Positions 45,927 through 54,692 of a stretch of 64,000 bases of DNA are shown here, in pieces; positions within the stretch are counted from its first letter, which is position 1, and the number at the start of each line of letters is the position of its first letter. The notes below the pieces were generated by a model. The model was not told the origin of the DNA, did no database searches, and worked only from the letters and a program-made list of their open reading frames with translations. The stretch is from an uncultured delta proteobacterium (GTDB lineage Bacteria > Myxococcota_A > Polyangia > Polyangiales > Polyangiaceae). A program made the position numbers and the translations under genes. The stretch lies in NCBI GenBank assembly GCA_963782055.1, contig CAWAIF010000003.1, positions 2,528,001-2,592,000 on the forward strand. Reading direction: 5' to 3'.

Positions 45927-46972
45927 CCGAGCAGATGAAGCGCTGGGCCAAGTGGGTCGGCTACCCGACCTTCTACCTGCTCTCCTTCGCGCTCTTTCTC
46001 TCGCTCGTCTTCCCGTACGACAAGCTGAAGGAGCGCATCGTCACCTCCTTCAACGCGCAGCAGAAGGCGGCGGGCGCGCAGCAGGAGCTCCACATCGACA
46101 CGATGGGCTGGTACTGGTTCACCGGCGTGCGCGCGAAGGGCATCCGCCTGGTGAGCGCCCCGCAGGAGCCGGGCAAGCCGCCGGCGGAGATCCACATCGA
46201 CGAGGCGCGCATCAAGATGGGCCTCTTCGCGTCGCTGGTCGGCAAGCGCGACGTCACCTTCCACCTGGACGCGCTGGGCGGCACCATCGACGGCGAGTAC
46301 CAGGAGAGCAAGGACGAGCGCGACGTCGACGTCACCCTGGATGGCGTGCACCTGGACCAGGTGGACGCGCTGAGCCAGGCGATCGGCCTGCCGGTGCAGG
46401 GGACCATCGCCGGGACCATCAAGCTGCAGATGCCGGAGGGCAAGGCCTCGAAGGGCAACGGCACGATCGACCTGGAGGGGACCGACGTGGCCATCGGCGA
46501 CGGCAAGGCGAAGCTGAAGGGCGCGCTGGAGATGCCCAAGCTCGTCGTCGGCGCGCTCACCTTCAACGCCGAGGCCAAGGACGGGGTGCTGAAGATCACC
46601 AAGTTCTCCGCGGGCGGAAAGGACCTGGAGCTCAACGGCGAGGGCAAGGTGCAGATGCGCGAGCTCGCCAACGAGAGCAGCCTGGACGTGAACCTCAAGT
46701 TCAAGATCAACGACGCGTTCCGGGGCAAGAGCGAGATCACCAAGAACCTGTTCGGCGCGCCCGGCTCGCCGAAGGGCGGCGACATCGAGCTGTTCGTTCC
46801 GGAGATGAAGCGGGCGAAGCGGCCGGACGGGTTCTACTCGTTCCAGGTGCGCGGGCTGCTGGGGCACCTGCAGTTCCAGCCGATGCCGAACTTCGTGGAG
46901 CCGGGAGGGGGCGGCGCGGCGGGGGCGGCGGGGAGGCCGCCGAGGATGGGGGCGACGCCCAGGTTCCCCTGA
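45923..46972 (+). CDS. gspN: GspN
   Basis: N-terminal TM, FPYD, beta-rich body; last gene of the operon. Confidence 0.75.
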   Translation: MTEQMKRWAKWVGYPTFYLLSFALFLSLVFPYDKLKERIVTSFNAQQKAAGAQQELHIDTMGWYWFTGVRAKGIRLVSAPQEPGKPPAEIHIDEARIKMGLFASLVGKRDVTFHLDALGGTIDGEYQESKDERDVDVTLDGVHLDQVDALSQAIGLPVQGTIAGTIKLQMPEGKASKGNGTIDLEGTDVAIGDGKAKLKGALEMPKLVVGALTFNAEAKDGVLKITKFSAGGKDLELNGEGKVQMRELANESSLDVNLKFKINDAFRGKSEITKNLFGAPGSPKGGDIELFVPEMKRAKRPDGFYSFQVRGLLGHLQFQPMPNFVEPGGGGAAGAAGRPPRMGATPRFP

Positions 46973-46996
46973 GGGAGGGGAAGGGGGGCCCCTCCT

Positions 46997-47105
46997 GGCG
47001 CCATGCTCGGGCTCGTGCTCGCCTTCTCGCGTGCCGCCCGTGTGTGCATGATGCAAGGATTCCGGCACGCGAGAAGGCTTGCGCGCGAGCCCTGCGCGTG
47101 GCGCC
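46997..47105. other. Long hairpin with a perfect 16-bp core
   Basis: GCCTTCTCGCGTGCCG (47021-47036) / CGGCACGCGAGAAGGC (47063-47078). Confidence 0.65.
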
Positions 47106-47175
47106 TCCTCCCCTCGGTGTCGCGCTCCGCGCGCCACACGGGGAGGATGGTGCGCGATCGGCCACGTGAGAGAAC

Positions 47176-47346
47176 GGGAAGGGGAAAGGGGACGGGGAAG
47201 GGGGACGGGGAAGGGGGACGGGGAAGGGGACGGGGGACGGGGAAGGAGAGGGGCTCTCGCTCGGGGGAGGGGATAGCGATGCACTCCCCACACGCCCTCG
47301 TGCTCGCGCCCGCGCCCGCGCCCGCGCTCGCGCTCGCGCTCGCGCT
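47176..47346. repeat. GGGAAG/GGGACG purine repeats, then CGCGCC/CGCGCT hexamers
   Basis: Read directly. Confidence 0.8.
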
Positions 47347-47386
47347 CCTCCGTTGGCGCGGAAGGTGAAGGGGGAAGGAGCGGGGA

Positions 47387-47595
47387 GGGGGCTGTCGCTC
47401 GGGGGGAGGGGATGGTCCCGCCGTGCTCGGAGCTGTCGAGGCCAGGCCGTGCTCGCCGTCCTCGGGCGCTTCGCGCCCTCCGGGCGGCTGCGCGCGGTGC
47501 GCGCTTCGCGCGCAGCCTCGACAGCTCCTGCGCGCGGCGGGTGTGGGCTTGGGCCCCCCGCGCGCGGTGCGCGGGGCGTTGCCGAGGAGCGCGTG
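47387..47595 (+). ncRNA. Conserved structured leader of four-helix-bundle gene, copy B (putative)
   Basis: Perfect 14-bp stem GGAGCTGTCGAGGC (47429-47442) / GCCTCGACAGCTCC (47515-47528) inside CCCGCCGTGC/GCGCGGCGGG. Confidence 0.55.
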
Positions 47596-47922
47596 ATGAA
47601 CCTTCGAATCTATCCCGTGGTGCTGGAGCTGGTGCGCGAGGTCGGGCCGCGGTTGCGGGAGCTCGGGCGGCACGATCCGGATCTCGCGCGGCAGTGCCGG
47701 CGGGCGCTGGCGAGCGTGCCGCTCAACGTCGCGGAGGGCGCGTACGCGCGCGGGCGAAACAAGCAGGCGCGCTACCACACCGCGCTGGGCTCGCTGCGCG
47801 AGACGCAGGCGTGCTTCGAGGTGGCGGCGGCGCTCGGCTACATGCCGGAGCTGGAGGCGGCGCTCGAGGCGCGCTTCCGGCACGTGCTGGGAACGCTGGT
47901 GCGGCTGGCGGGCGCGCACTGA
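47596..47922 (+). CDS. Four-helix-bundle protein, copy B
   Basis: MNLRIYPVVLEL...[17 protein letters not shown]...GSLRETQACFEV; RBS GAGGAG. Confidence 0.85.
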   Translation: MNLRIYPVVLELVREVGPRLRELGRHDPDLARQCRRALASVPLNVAEGAYARGRNKQARYHTALGSLRETQACFEVAAALGYMPELEAALEARFRHVLGTLVRLAGAH

Positions 47923-47985
47923 GGCCCGGCCGCAGGCCCGGCGGGCGCGATGTCCTGTCTCATCGCGCCCGCCCGGTTCCGGCCA

Positions 47986-48071
47986 CGCGCTCGCGCCCGC
48001 GCTCGCCCTCGCGCTCGCCCCCGCGCCCGCCCTCGCGCTCGCGACCGCCCTCACGCCCCCGCCCCCGCGCC
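47986..48071. repeat. CGCGCT/CGCCCT hexamer-type repeats between convergent copies B and C
   Basis: Read directly. Confidence 0.8.
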
Positions 48072-48395
48072 TCAGCGCGCGACCACGAGGCGGACCAGCG
48101 TGCCGAGCACGTGGTCCACGCGGTCCCGCAGCCCGGCCTCGAGCCCGGGCAAGTAGCCGAGCGCCGCGGCGACCTCGAAGCAGGCCAGCACCTCGCGCAG
48201 CGATCCCTGCGCGGTGTGATACCTCGCCGCGCGATTCCGCCCGCGCGAGTACATCCCCTCGGCCACGTTGAGCGGCGCGCTCGCCAGCGCCCGCCGGCAC
48301 TGGCGCGCGAGATTCGGATCATGCCGCTCGAGCTCCCGCACGAGAGGTGCCAGCGTCCGCACGAGCTCCAGCAACACAGGATAGATACGCAACAT
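48072..48395 (-). CDS. Four-helix-bundle protein, copy C
   Basis: [11 protein letters not shown]...[17 protein letters not shown]...GSLREVLACFEV; RBS AAGGAG. Confidence 0.85.
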   Translation of the reverse strand: MLRIYPVLLELVRTLAPLVRELERHDPNLARQCRRALASAPLNVAEGMYSRGRNRAARYHTAQGSLREVLACFEVAAALGYLPGLEAGLRDRVDHVLGTLVRLVVAR

Positions 48396-48652
48396 CGTTC
48401 GACTCCTTGCATGCGCCCGCGCACCCTCGCGCGGGGGGCGAACGCCCAAGCCCGCCGCGCGCAGGAGTCGGCAAGGCTGCGCGCGGAGCGCGCACCGCGC
48501 GCAGCCGCCCGGAGCCGCGCGCAGGTCGCGCGCCGCGTCCATCGTTCACCGAGGCGCACGCGCGGCCGAGCACGGCGAGGACGGCGAGCACGGCCCGGCC
48601 TTGCCGACTCCGAGCACGGCGGGACGATGACCTCCCCCCCGAGCGAGCCCCC
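48396..48652 (-). ncRNA. Conserved structured leader of four-helix-bundle gene, copy C (putative)
   Basis: Perfect 14-bp stem GGAGTCGGCAAGGC (48464-48477) / GCCTTGCCGACTCC (48598-48611). Confidence 0.55.
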
Positions 48653-48870
48653 TCCTCTCCCGCCCGCGCCCGCGCCCGCGCTCGCCCCCGCGCTCGCCCC
48701 CGCGCCCGCGCCCGCACTCGCGCCCGCGCCCGCGCCCGCGGAGGGGAAAGGGAAAGGAGAAGGGGAAAGGGGAAAGGAGAAGGGGAAGGGGAAAGGAGAA
48801 GGGAGAAGGGAAAGGAGATGGGGAAAGGAGAAGGGGAAGGGAGAAGGGGAAGGGGAAGGGGGGAGGGGAA
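48653..48870. repeat. CGCGCC hexamers, then a ~130-nt GGGAAG/GGAGAA purine tract
   Basis: Read directly. Confidence 0.85.
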
Positions 48871-48980
48871 GCGTGCTTCGAGGTCGCTCCGGCGCTCGGC
48901 TTCATGCCGTGGCTGGGGGCTCGAGGCGCGCGCTCCCACCACATGCTCGAGGCGTCGCCCGGTCTGCCGGTGCTCACGGA
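48871..48980 (+). pseudogene. Degenerate 3' remnant of a four-helix-bundle gene
   Basis: ACFEVAPALGFMP aligns with copy B ACFEVAAALGYMP. Confidence 0.65.
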
Positions 48981-49056
48981 TCGCTGTCCTGCACCGGGCT
49001 TCAACGACCCGCCGCACACCGTTAGCATGCGGACCTGCGAACTCTCGACCGGCCAC

Positions 49057-49135
49057 CCCTTCTCCGTCTCCCTTCTCCTTCTCCTTCTCCTTCTCCTTCT
49101 CCCTCCTCCTCCCCCTCCTGCCCCGCACTCCCCCC
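49057..49135. repeat. (CTCCTT)n pyrimidine tract
   Basis: Read directly; complementary to the purine tract at 48741-48870. Confidence 0.8.
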
Positions 49136-49924
49136 ATGCCCAAACCCAAACTCCTCGCCGCGGTCATCCACGCCCCCCCTCTCCCCGGCTCCCCCCGCGC
49201 CTGGACGATGCCGCGCGTCCTCGCGCAGGTCGCCCGCGACGCGTCGCTCCTCGCGCGCGCCGGCTTCGAACGCATCGTCGTCGAGAACTTCGGCGACGCG
49301 CCCTTCTTCGCCGCGCGCGTGCCGCCGGTCACCGTCGCCGCGCTCACCGCGTGCGTGCTGCAGGCGCGCGCCGCGGCGCCGGACGCGATGGTCGGCGTCA
49401 ACGTGCTGCGCAACGACGCCGAGGCCGCCATCTCCATCGCCGCGGTGACCGGCGCGTCCTTCGTCCGCGTCAACGTCCACGCCGGGGCGCGCGTCACCGA
49501 CCAGGGCGTCGTCCAGGGCCGCGCCGCCGAGACGATGCGCCTTCGCGCGTCGCTCGCCGCGCGAGCGGCGGTCTGGGCGGACGTGGACGTCAAGCACTCC
49601 GCCCCCCTCGGCGCTCGGCCGGTCGAGGACGAGGCGCGTGACGTCGCGCTGCGCGGCCTGGCCGACGCCGTCCTAGTCACCGGTAGCGGCACCGGGCGTG
49701 CGGTGGACCTGGGCAAGCTCGGCCGCGTGCGCGCCAGCCTGCCGCCGCGCACGCAGGTGCTCGCCGCCAGCGGCGCCACCGCCGCCTCGCTGCGCGACCT
49801 GCTCGCCGCGTGCGACGGCGTGGTCGTGGGGAGCGCCCTGAAGGTGGGCGGCAGGGCCGGGGCGCCCGTCGACCCAGCCCGCGCCCGCCGCTTCGTGGCC
49901 GCTTTCCGCCGCGCTGCGGGCTAG
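49136..49924 (+). CDS. BtpA/SgcQ-family protein
   Basis: HAPPLPGSP, ENFGDAPF, GVNVLRND, ADVDVKHS, VTGSGTG. Confidence 0.9.
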   Translation: MPKPKLLAAVIHAPPLPGSPRAWTMPRVLAQVARDASLLARAGFERIVVENFGDAPFFAARVPPVTVAALTACVLQARAAAPDAMVGVNVLRNDAEAAISIAAVTGASFVRVNVHAGARVTDQGVVQGRAAETMRLRASLAARAAVWADVDVKHSAPLGARPVEDEARDVALRGLADAVLVTGSGTGRAVDLGKLGRVRASLPPRTQVLAASGATAASLRDLLAACDGVVVGSALKVGGRAGAPVDPARARRFVAAFRRAAG

Positions 49925-49958
49925 GGCCGCCGGCCCCCGCTTCGGGTACACTCGGAGC

Positions 49959-50909
49959 GTGGGCCCACCTCTCGAGCCCGGCAGCAAACTGGGGCGCTAC
50001 GAGCTGCTCTGTCCCATCGCCCAGGGGGGCATGGCCTCGGTGTGGCTCGGCCGGCCGCGCGACGCGCACGGCGCCGAGCTGCTCGCGATCAAGACGATCC
50101 TGCCCCACTACGCGAGCGACCTCCGCTTCCAGCGCATGTTCCTGGACGAGGCGCGCATCGCCGCGGGCATCCACCACCCCAACGTGGCGCACATCCTGGA
50201 CGTGGGCGACGAGGACGGGGTGCTCTACCTCGTCATGGAGTGGGTGGACGGCGACTCCCTCGCCCGCCTCTTTCGCGCGTGCGAGCGCGCGGGCATCGCG
50301 ATGCCGGTGGGGCTCGCGTGTCGCGTGGTGGCCGACACCTGCGCGGGCCTCCACGCCGCCCACGAGCTGCGGGGCGTCGTCCACCACGACGTCTCTCCGC
50401 AGAACGTGCTCGTCAGCGTGCGCGGCGAGGCCAAGCTCATCGACTTCGGCCTGGCCGGCAAGACGATCGGCGAGCGGACGGTGAAGGGCAAGCTGCTGTA
50501 CATGGCGCCGGAGCAGGCGACGGGGCAGCCGGTGGACCGGCGCGCCGACCTCTGGTCGGTGGGCGCGATGCTCTACCACCTCATCGCGGGCTTTCCGCCC
50601 TTCGAGGGAGAGAGCCAGCGCGACACCTACCTGCGGCTCATCGGCGACGCCCCCCCGCCCCCGCTTCCCCCACACATCCCGCAGGAGGTGGCCGACGTCA
50701 TCGCCCTGGCGCTGGTCCGCGATCCCGCCGAGCGCGTCGCCAGCGCCGAGCACATGCGCCGCCTCATCGAGGATGCCATGACCGAGAGCGATCTGCGCGC
50801 CACGACCGAGGAGGTGGCGCGCTTCGTCCAGGAGCAGCTCGCCGACCGCGCGGAGGCACGTCGACGCGCGGTGGAGCTGGCGTTCGAGGCGGCCGCGCAG
50901 CGGGGCTGA
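49959..50909 (+). CDS. Ser/Thr protein kinase
   Basis: GGMASV, AIK, HHDVSPQN, DFG, YMAPEQ. Confidence 0.9.
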   Translation: MGPPLEPGSKLGRYELLCPIAQGGMASVWLGRPRDAHGAELLAIKTILPHYASDLRFQRMFLDEARIAAGIHHPNVAHILDVGDEDGVLYLVMEWVDGDSLARLFRACERAGIAMPVGLACRVVADTCAGLHAAHELRGVVHHDVSPQNVLVSVRGEAKLIDFGLAGKTIGERTVKGKLLYMAPEQATGQPVDRRADLWSVGAMLYHLIAGFPPFEGESQRDTYLRLIGDAPPPPLPPHIPQEVADVIALALVRDPAERVASAEHMRRLIEDAMTESDLRATTEEVARFVQEQLADRAEARRRAVELAFEAAAQRG

Positions 50910-50918
50910 CCGGTTGCT

Positions 50919-51773
50919 TCAGCCCGCGGCGCGGGCGCGGCCTTGCTCCAGGATGCGCGCGATGTCCTCCGGGCCCAGTTGCCTGGCGCGCTCGCGCAGT
51001 CTGTCGAGGGCTGCCTGCGCGTCGGGGGAGGCCGCGGCGGTGGCGGGCGGTGGTGCCGGAGCCGGCGGTGGCTCCGGAGCGGAGGCCGGCGGCGCGGACG
51101 CTTCGGAGGCCGGCGGCGCGGCCACCGCGATCTCCGGCTCGCTCGGCGGCTCCGCCGGCAGCTCCCCGCTGGAGACGTCCAGCACGATGGGGATCGACGG
51201 ATCGGCGTCCGGCACCGAGATGGGCACGGAGTCTGGCCCAGCCAGCAGCTCCGACGCCGACACGATCTCCGGCGCGGAGGAGACCTCCGGCGCCGACGAG
51301 ATCTCCGCGGGCTCCGCCGACACCGGCTCGGGATCGGCCTCGCGCGCGGCCCGTGGCGGCAGCGGCGGCGGCTTGCCCTTCGCCGCCTCCGGCAAGGGCG
51401 GCGGCCTGGCGCTGGGCGCCGCGGCGCTGGGTGGCGGCGGCGCGCCCGACCGCCGCTCCTCCTTCATCGCCGCGGCGCGGTCGACGAGCGCCTTGGACTT
51501 GGAGTCCAGGCGGGTGAACCGGAGCGAGAGGCCCGGCTCGCTCCCGACGGCGGCCGCCTTGTAGCCGACCACGCGACCCTCGCCGCGCAGGATGGGCGTG
51601 CCGTCGGCCAGCGAGACCTCGAAGCGGAGCACCACGCCCTCCGGTCGCGACTGCGCGCCGACGAGGGTGACCCCGGTGCGCGAGAAGGTGTCCAGCTCGT
51701 GCGCCAGCAGCTCCTCCACCGTGGCGTAGGGGCGCGTGATGCGGATGGCGACCGGCGTGCGGACTGCGCTCAC
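50919..51773 (-). CDS. Hypothetical protein: PilZ-like N-terminus and Pro/Ala-rich tail
   Basis: LRFEVSLADG...GEGRVV...LRFTRLD pattern; codon usage. Confidence 0.6.
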   Translation of the reverse strand: MSAVRTPVAIRITRPYATVEELLAHELDTFSRTGVTLVGAQSRPEGVVLRFEVSLADGTPILRGEGRVVGYKAAAVGSEPGLSLRFTRLDSKSKALVDRAAAMKEERRSGAPPPPSAAAPSARPPPLPEAAKGKPPPLPPRAAREADPEPVSAEPAEISSAPEVSSAPEIVSASELLAGPDSVPISVPDADPSIPIVLDVSSGELPAEPPSEPEIAVAAPPASEASAPPASAPEPPPAPAPPPATAAASPDAQAALDRLRERARQLGPEDIARILEQGRARAAG

Positions 51774-51835
51774 GCTCCCAGAATAGACCGGCCGTACGGC
51801 GCGTGGACGGGGATTTTGGGTTACAAGTGGCGCCC

Positions 51836-53098
51836 ATGGCACGTGTCCTCGTCATCGGCTCGGGCGCCCGGGAGCACGCGCTGGTCCAGCGCTTCGCGCG
51901 GGAGGGGCACGAGGCGCTCGCCCTGCCCGGCAACGCGGGGACCGCCCGCGACGGGCGCAACCTCCCCGGCCGGGCGGATGACGTCCCGGGGATCGTCGCG
52001 GCGGCCACCCGGGAGAAGGCGGAGCTGGTGGTGGTGGGCCCGGAGGTGCCCCTCACCCTGGGCGTCGTGGACGCGCTGGCGGCCGCGGGTTTCCGCGCCT
52101 TCGGGCCCTCCCGCGCCGCCGCCCGCCTCGAGGCGTCCAAGGCCTTCATGAAGCAGTTCCTGAAGCGTCACAGGATCCCCACCGCCGACTTCCAGGTGTT
52201 CGACGACGCCGACGCCGCCGAGGCGCACGTGCGCGCCGCCGCGCGGCCGCTGGTGGTCAAGGCGGACGGCCTGGCGGCCGGCAAGGGAGTGGTGGTCGCG
52301 AGCTCCGCCGACGAGGCGCTCGCCGCTGTGCGATCGATGATGCGCGACGGCGCCTTCGGCGACGCCGGCAAGACGGTGGTGATCGAGGAGCTGTTGCCAG
52401 GGCAGGAGGCGAGCTTCCACGTCCTCTGCGACGGCGAGCGCGGGGTGGCGCTGGCGCCCGCGCAGGATCACAAGCGCGTCCTGGACGGCGACCGCGGCCC
52501 CAACACCGGCGGGATGGGGGCGTACGCGCCGGCGCCCGTGGTCACCGAGGCGGTGCGCGCCGCCGTCATGGACCGCGTCGTCACGCCCACCCTGCGCGGC
52601 ATGGCGGCGGAGGGCGCCCCCTTCCGCGGCGTGCTCTTCGTCGGCCTGATGATCGACGCCGGCGAGCCGCGGGTGCTGGAGTTCAACGTGCGCTTCGGCG
52701 ATCCGGAGACGTGCGTGCTGCTGCCGCTGGTGGACGGGAGCCTCTACGACCTGTTGTACTCTGCAACCACCGGACGTCTGCCCGCGGAGGTGCCGGTGCG
52801 CGCCGGCGCCGCGCTCTGCGTGGTGATGGCGGCGGAGGGCTATCCTGGCAAGCCCGCAACTGGCGACGGCATCGAGGGGCTGGACGCGCCGCTCGCCGAG
52901 GGGCAGTTCGTGCTGCACGCCGGGACGAAGGTGCGCGAGGACGGCGCCGTCGTGACGAGCGGTGGGCGCATCCTGACCGTGGGGGCGTCCGCGGCCACGC
53001 TCGCCGACGCGCGCCGTCTCGCGTACGAGGTGGTGGCGCGGATCCGCTGGCGCGGCGAGCACCACCGGAGCGACATCGGCTGGCGCGCGCTCGGGTGA
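51836..53098 (+). CDS. purD: Phosphoribosylamine--glycine ligase
   Basis: GSGAREHA, KADGLAAGKGV, GPNTGGMGAY, EFNVRFGDPE. Confidence 0.96.
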   Translation: MARVLVIGSGAREHALVQRFAREGHEALALPGNAGTARDGRNLPGRADDVPGIVAAATREKAELVVVGPEVPLTLGVVDALAAAGFRAFGPSRAAARLEASKAFMKQFLKRHRIPTADFQVFDDADAAEAHVRAAARPLVVKADGLAAGKGVVVASSADEALAAVRSMMRDGAFGDAGKTVVIEELLPGQEASFHVLCDGERGVALAPAQDHKRVLDGDRGPNTGGMGAYAPAPVVTEAVRAAVMDRVVTPTLRGMAAEGAPFRGVLFVGLMIDAGEPRVLEFNVRFGDPETCVLLPLVDGSLYDLLYSATTGRLPAEVPVRAGAALCVVMAAEGYPGKPATGDGIEGLDAPLAEGQFVLHAGTKVREDGAVVTSGGRILTVGASAATLADARRLAYEVVARIRWRGEHHRSDIGWRALG

Positions 53099-53157
53099 CG
53101 GGCCTGACGCGGAGAGGGCTTCGCGGCGCGCTCGCTTCATGCTAGCGAGAGTCGTTG

Positions 53158-54489
53158 ATGGCCGAGATCGCCCCGCTCACGCCGCTCCGGTACGACCTGC
53201 CACGGCTGCCCGGTGGTCTGGCGCGCGTCGTGGCGCCTCCGTACGACGTGATCGACGCCTCGCAGCGCAAGGAACTCGCCGCGCGCGATCCGCACAACAT
53301 CGTGCGGCTGATCCTCCCGGAGGGGGAGGGTGACGCGAAGTACGCCGAGGCCGCGCGGCTCCTCGGCGCGTGGCAGGAGAGCGGCGTGCTCATCCGCGAC
53401 ACAGAGCCCGCCTTCTACCGCTACGACCAGACCTTCGTTCCCCCGGGCGGCGGTCCCGACCAGAAGGCCATCACCCGCCGCGGCTTCCTCGCGGCGGTCC
53501 GCCTGCACCCCTTCGCCGACCGGATCGTGCTCCCCCACGAGCGCACCCTCTCCGGCCCCAAGGAAGACCGGCTCAAGCTCTTCCGCGCCACCGGCACCAA
53601 CCTCAGCCCAGGGTTCATGCTCTACCGCGACCCGCGCCACCAGCTCGAAGCGCCGCTCGAGACGGGCCACGTGCTCACGCAGTTCTCCACGCCCGACGGC
53701 GTGCACCACGTCCTGGCGAAGGTCACCGCGCGCGACGCGGTCATCGCCATCGTGGACGGCGTGCGCAAGTCCTCCCTGCTCATCGCCGACGGCCACCACC
53801 GCTACGAGACGGCCCTCCACTACCGCGACGAGGTCTCCGCCCAGCACCCCGCCGCGCCGGAGCGCGCGGAGCACCGCTACTTCATGACCTTCCTCGTCAA
53901 CGGGGACGATCCCAACCTGGTCGTCTTCCCGACGCACCGCCACATCCACTCCCTGCCCGTCTTCTCCTACGACGAGATGCTCCAGCGGGTGGCGGACCTC
54001 TTCGACGTCCGCCCCCTGGCGCAGGGCGCCACCGCCGAGGTGGCCACGAAGGAGCTGGGCGAGGCGGGGCAGAAGCGACCGAGCTTCGCGGTCGCCGCCC
54101 CGGACGGCCGGGTGACCCTGCTCTCGCTGAAGGAGGGGGCCGATCTCGCCGGCCACGCCCTGCTGGGCGCCCGCCCGGAGGCCCTGCGCCGGACGGACGT
54201 CGCCCTCCTCCACGACGGCATCCTGGAGGCCGTGCTGGGGATCACCCGGGAGGCTCAGGCGGCCAAGGCCAACATCTACTACCCGCAGGACGCCCGCGCC
54301 GCCCTGGCCGAGCTGCGCGCCGGCAAGGGCCAGGTGCTCTTCTTGATGAACGCCACGCCCGTCACCCAGGTGCGCGACGTGGCCGAGGCAGGCGAGGTCA
54401 TGCCGCAGAAGTCCACCTTCTTCTATCCGAAGGTGCTGACCGGCCTCGCCGTGCACACGCTCGATCCCACCCGGGTCGTCCCCACGTGA
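53158..54489 (+). CDS. DUF1015-family protein
   Basis: APPYDVI, PHERT, IADGHHRY, MPQKSTFFYPK. Confidence 0.9.
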   Translation: MAEIAPLTPLRYDLPRLPGGLARVVAPPYDVIDASQRKELAARDPHNIVRLILPEGEGDAKYAEAARLLGAWQESGVLIRDTEPAFYRYDQTFVPPGGGPDQKAITRRGFLAAVRLHPFADRIVLPHERTLSGPKEDRLKLFRATGTNLSPGFMLYRDPRHQLEAPLETGHVLTQFSTPDGVHHVLAKVTARDAVIAIVDGVRKSSLLIADGHHRYETALHYRDEVSAQHPAAPERAEHRYFMTFLVNGDDPNLVVFPTHRHIHSLPVFSYDEMLQRVADLFDVRPLAQGATAEVATKELGEAGQKRPSFAVAAPDGRVTLLSLKEGADLAGHALLGARPEALRRTDVALLHDGILEAVLGITREAQAAKANIYYPQDARAALAELRAGKGQVLFLMNATPVTQVRDVAEAGEVMPQKSTFFYPKVLTGLAVHTLDPTRVVPT

Positions 54490-54692
54490 ACGGCACCCTC
54501 GCCCTGCCCGAACGATGGGGGAGCCCGTCGCTCTTGGTGGGCTGGCGCGAAGCTTGCCCAGTGTTTAGCTTCGCTCAGGTCAGGTCGCAGCAGACTGATA
54601 CGTGGCGAACAGAACCGAAGCTTTTCCCCCGGCAGCGTGCTCGTGCAACGCTCCCTGGGCCTGCCCGAACGGCCACGACGGAGAGGTAAGAC

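Noticed and set aside
48347..49135. Arg/Gly/Glu/Lys low-complexity N-terminal extension of the BtpA-family ORF
   Set aside because: It is a translation of repeat tracts; family homology starts at ATG49136.
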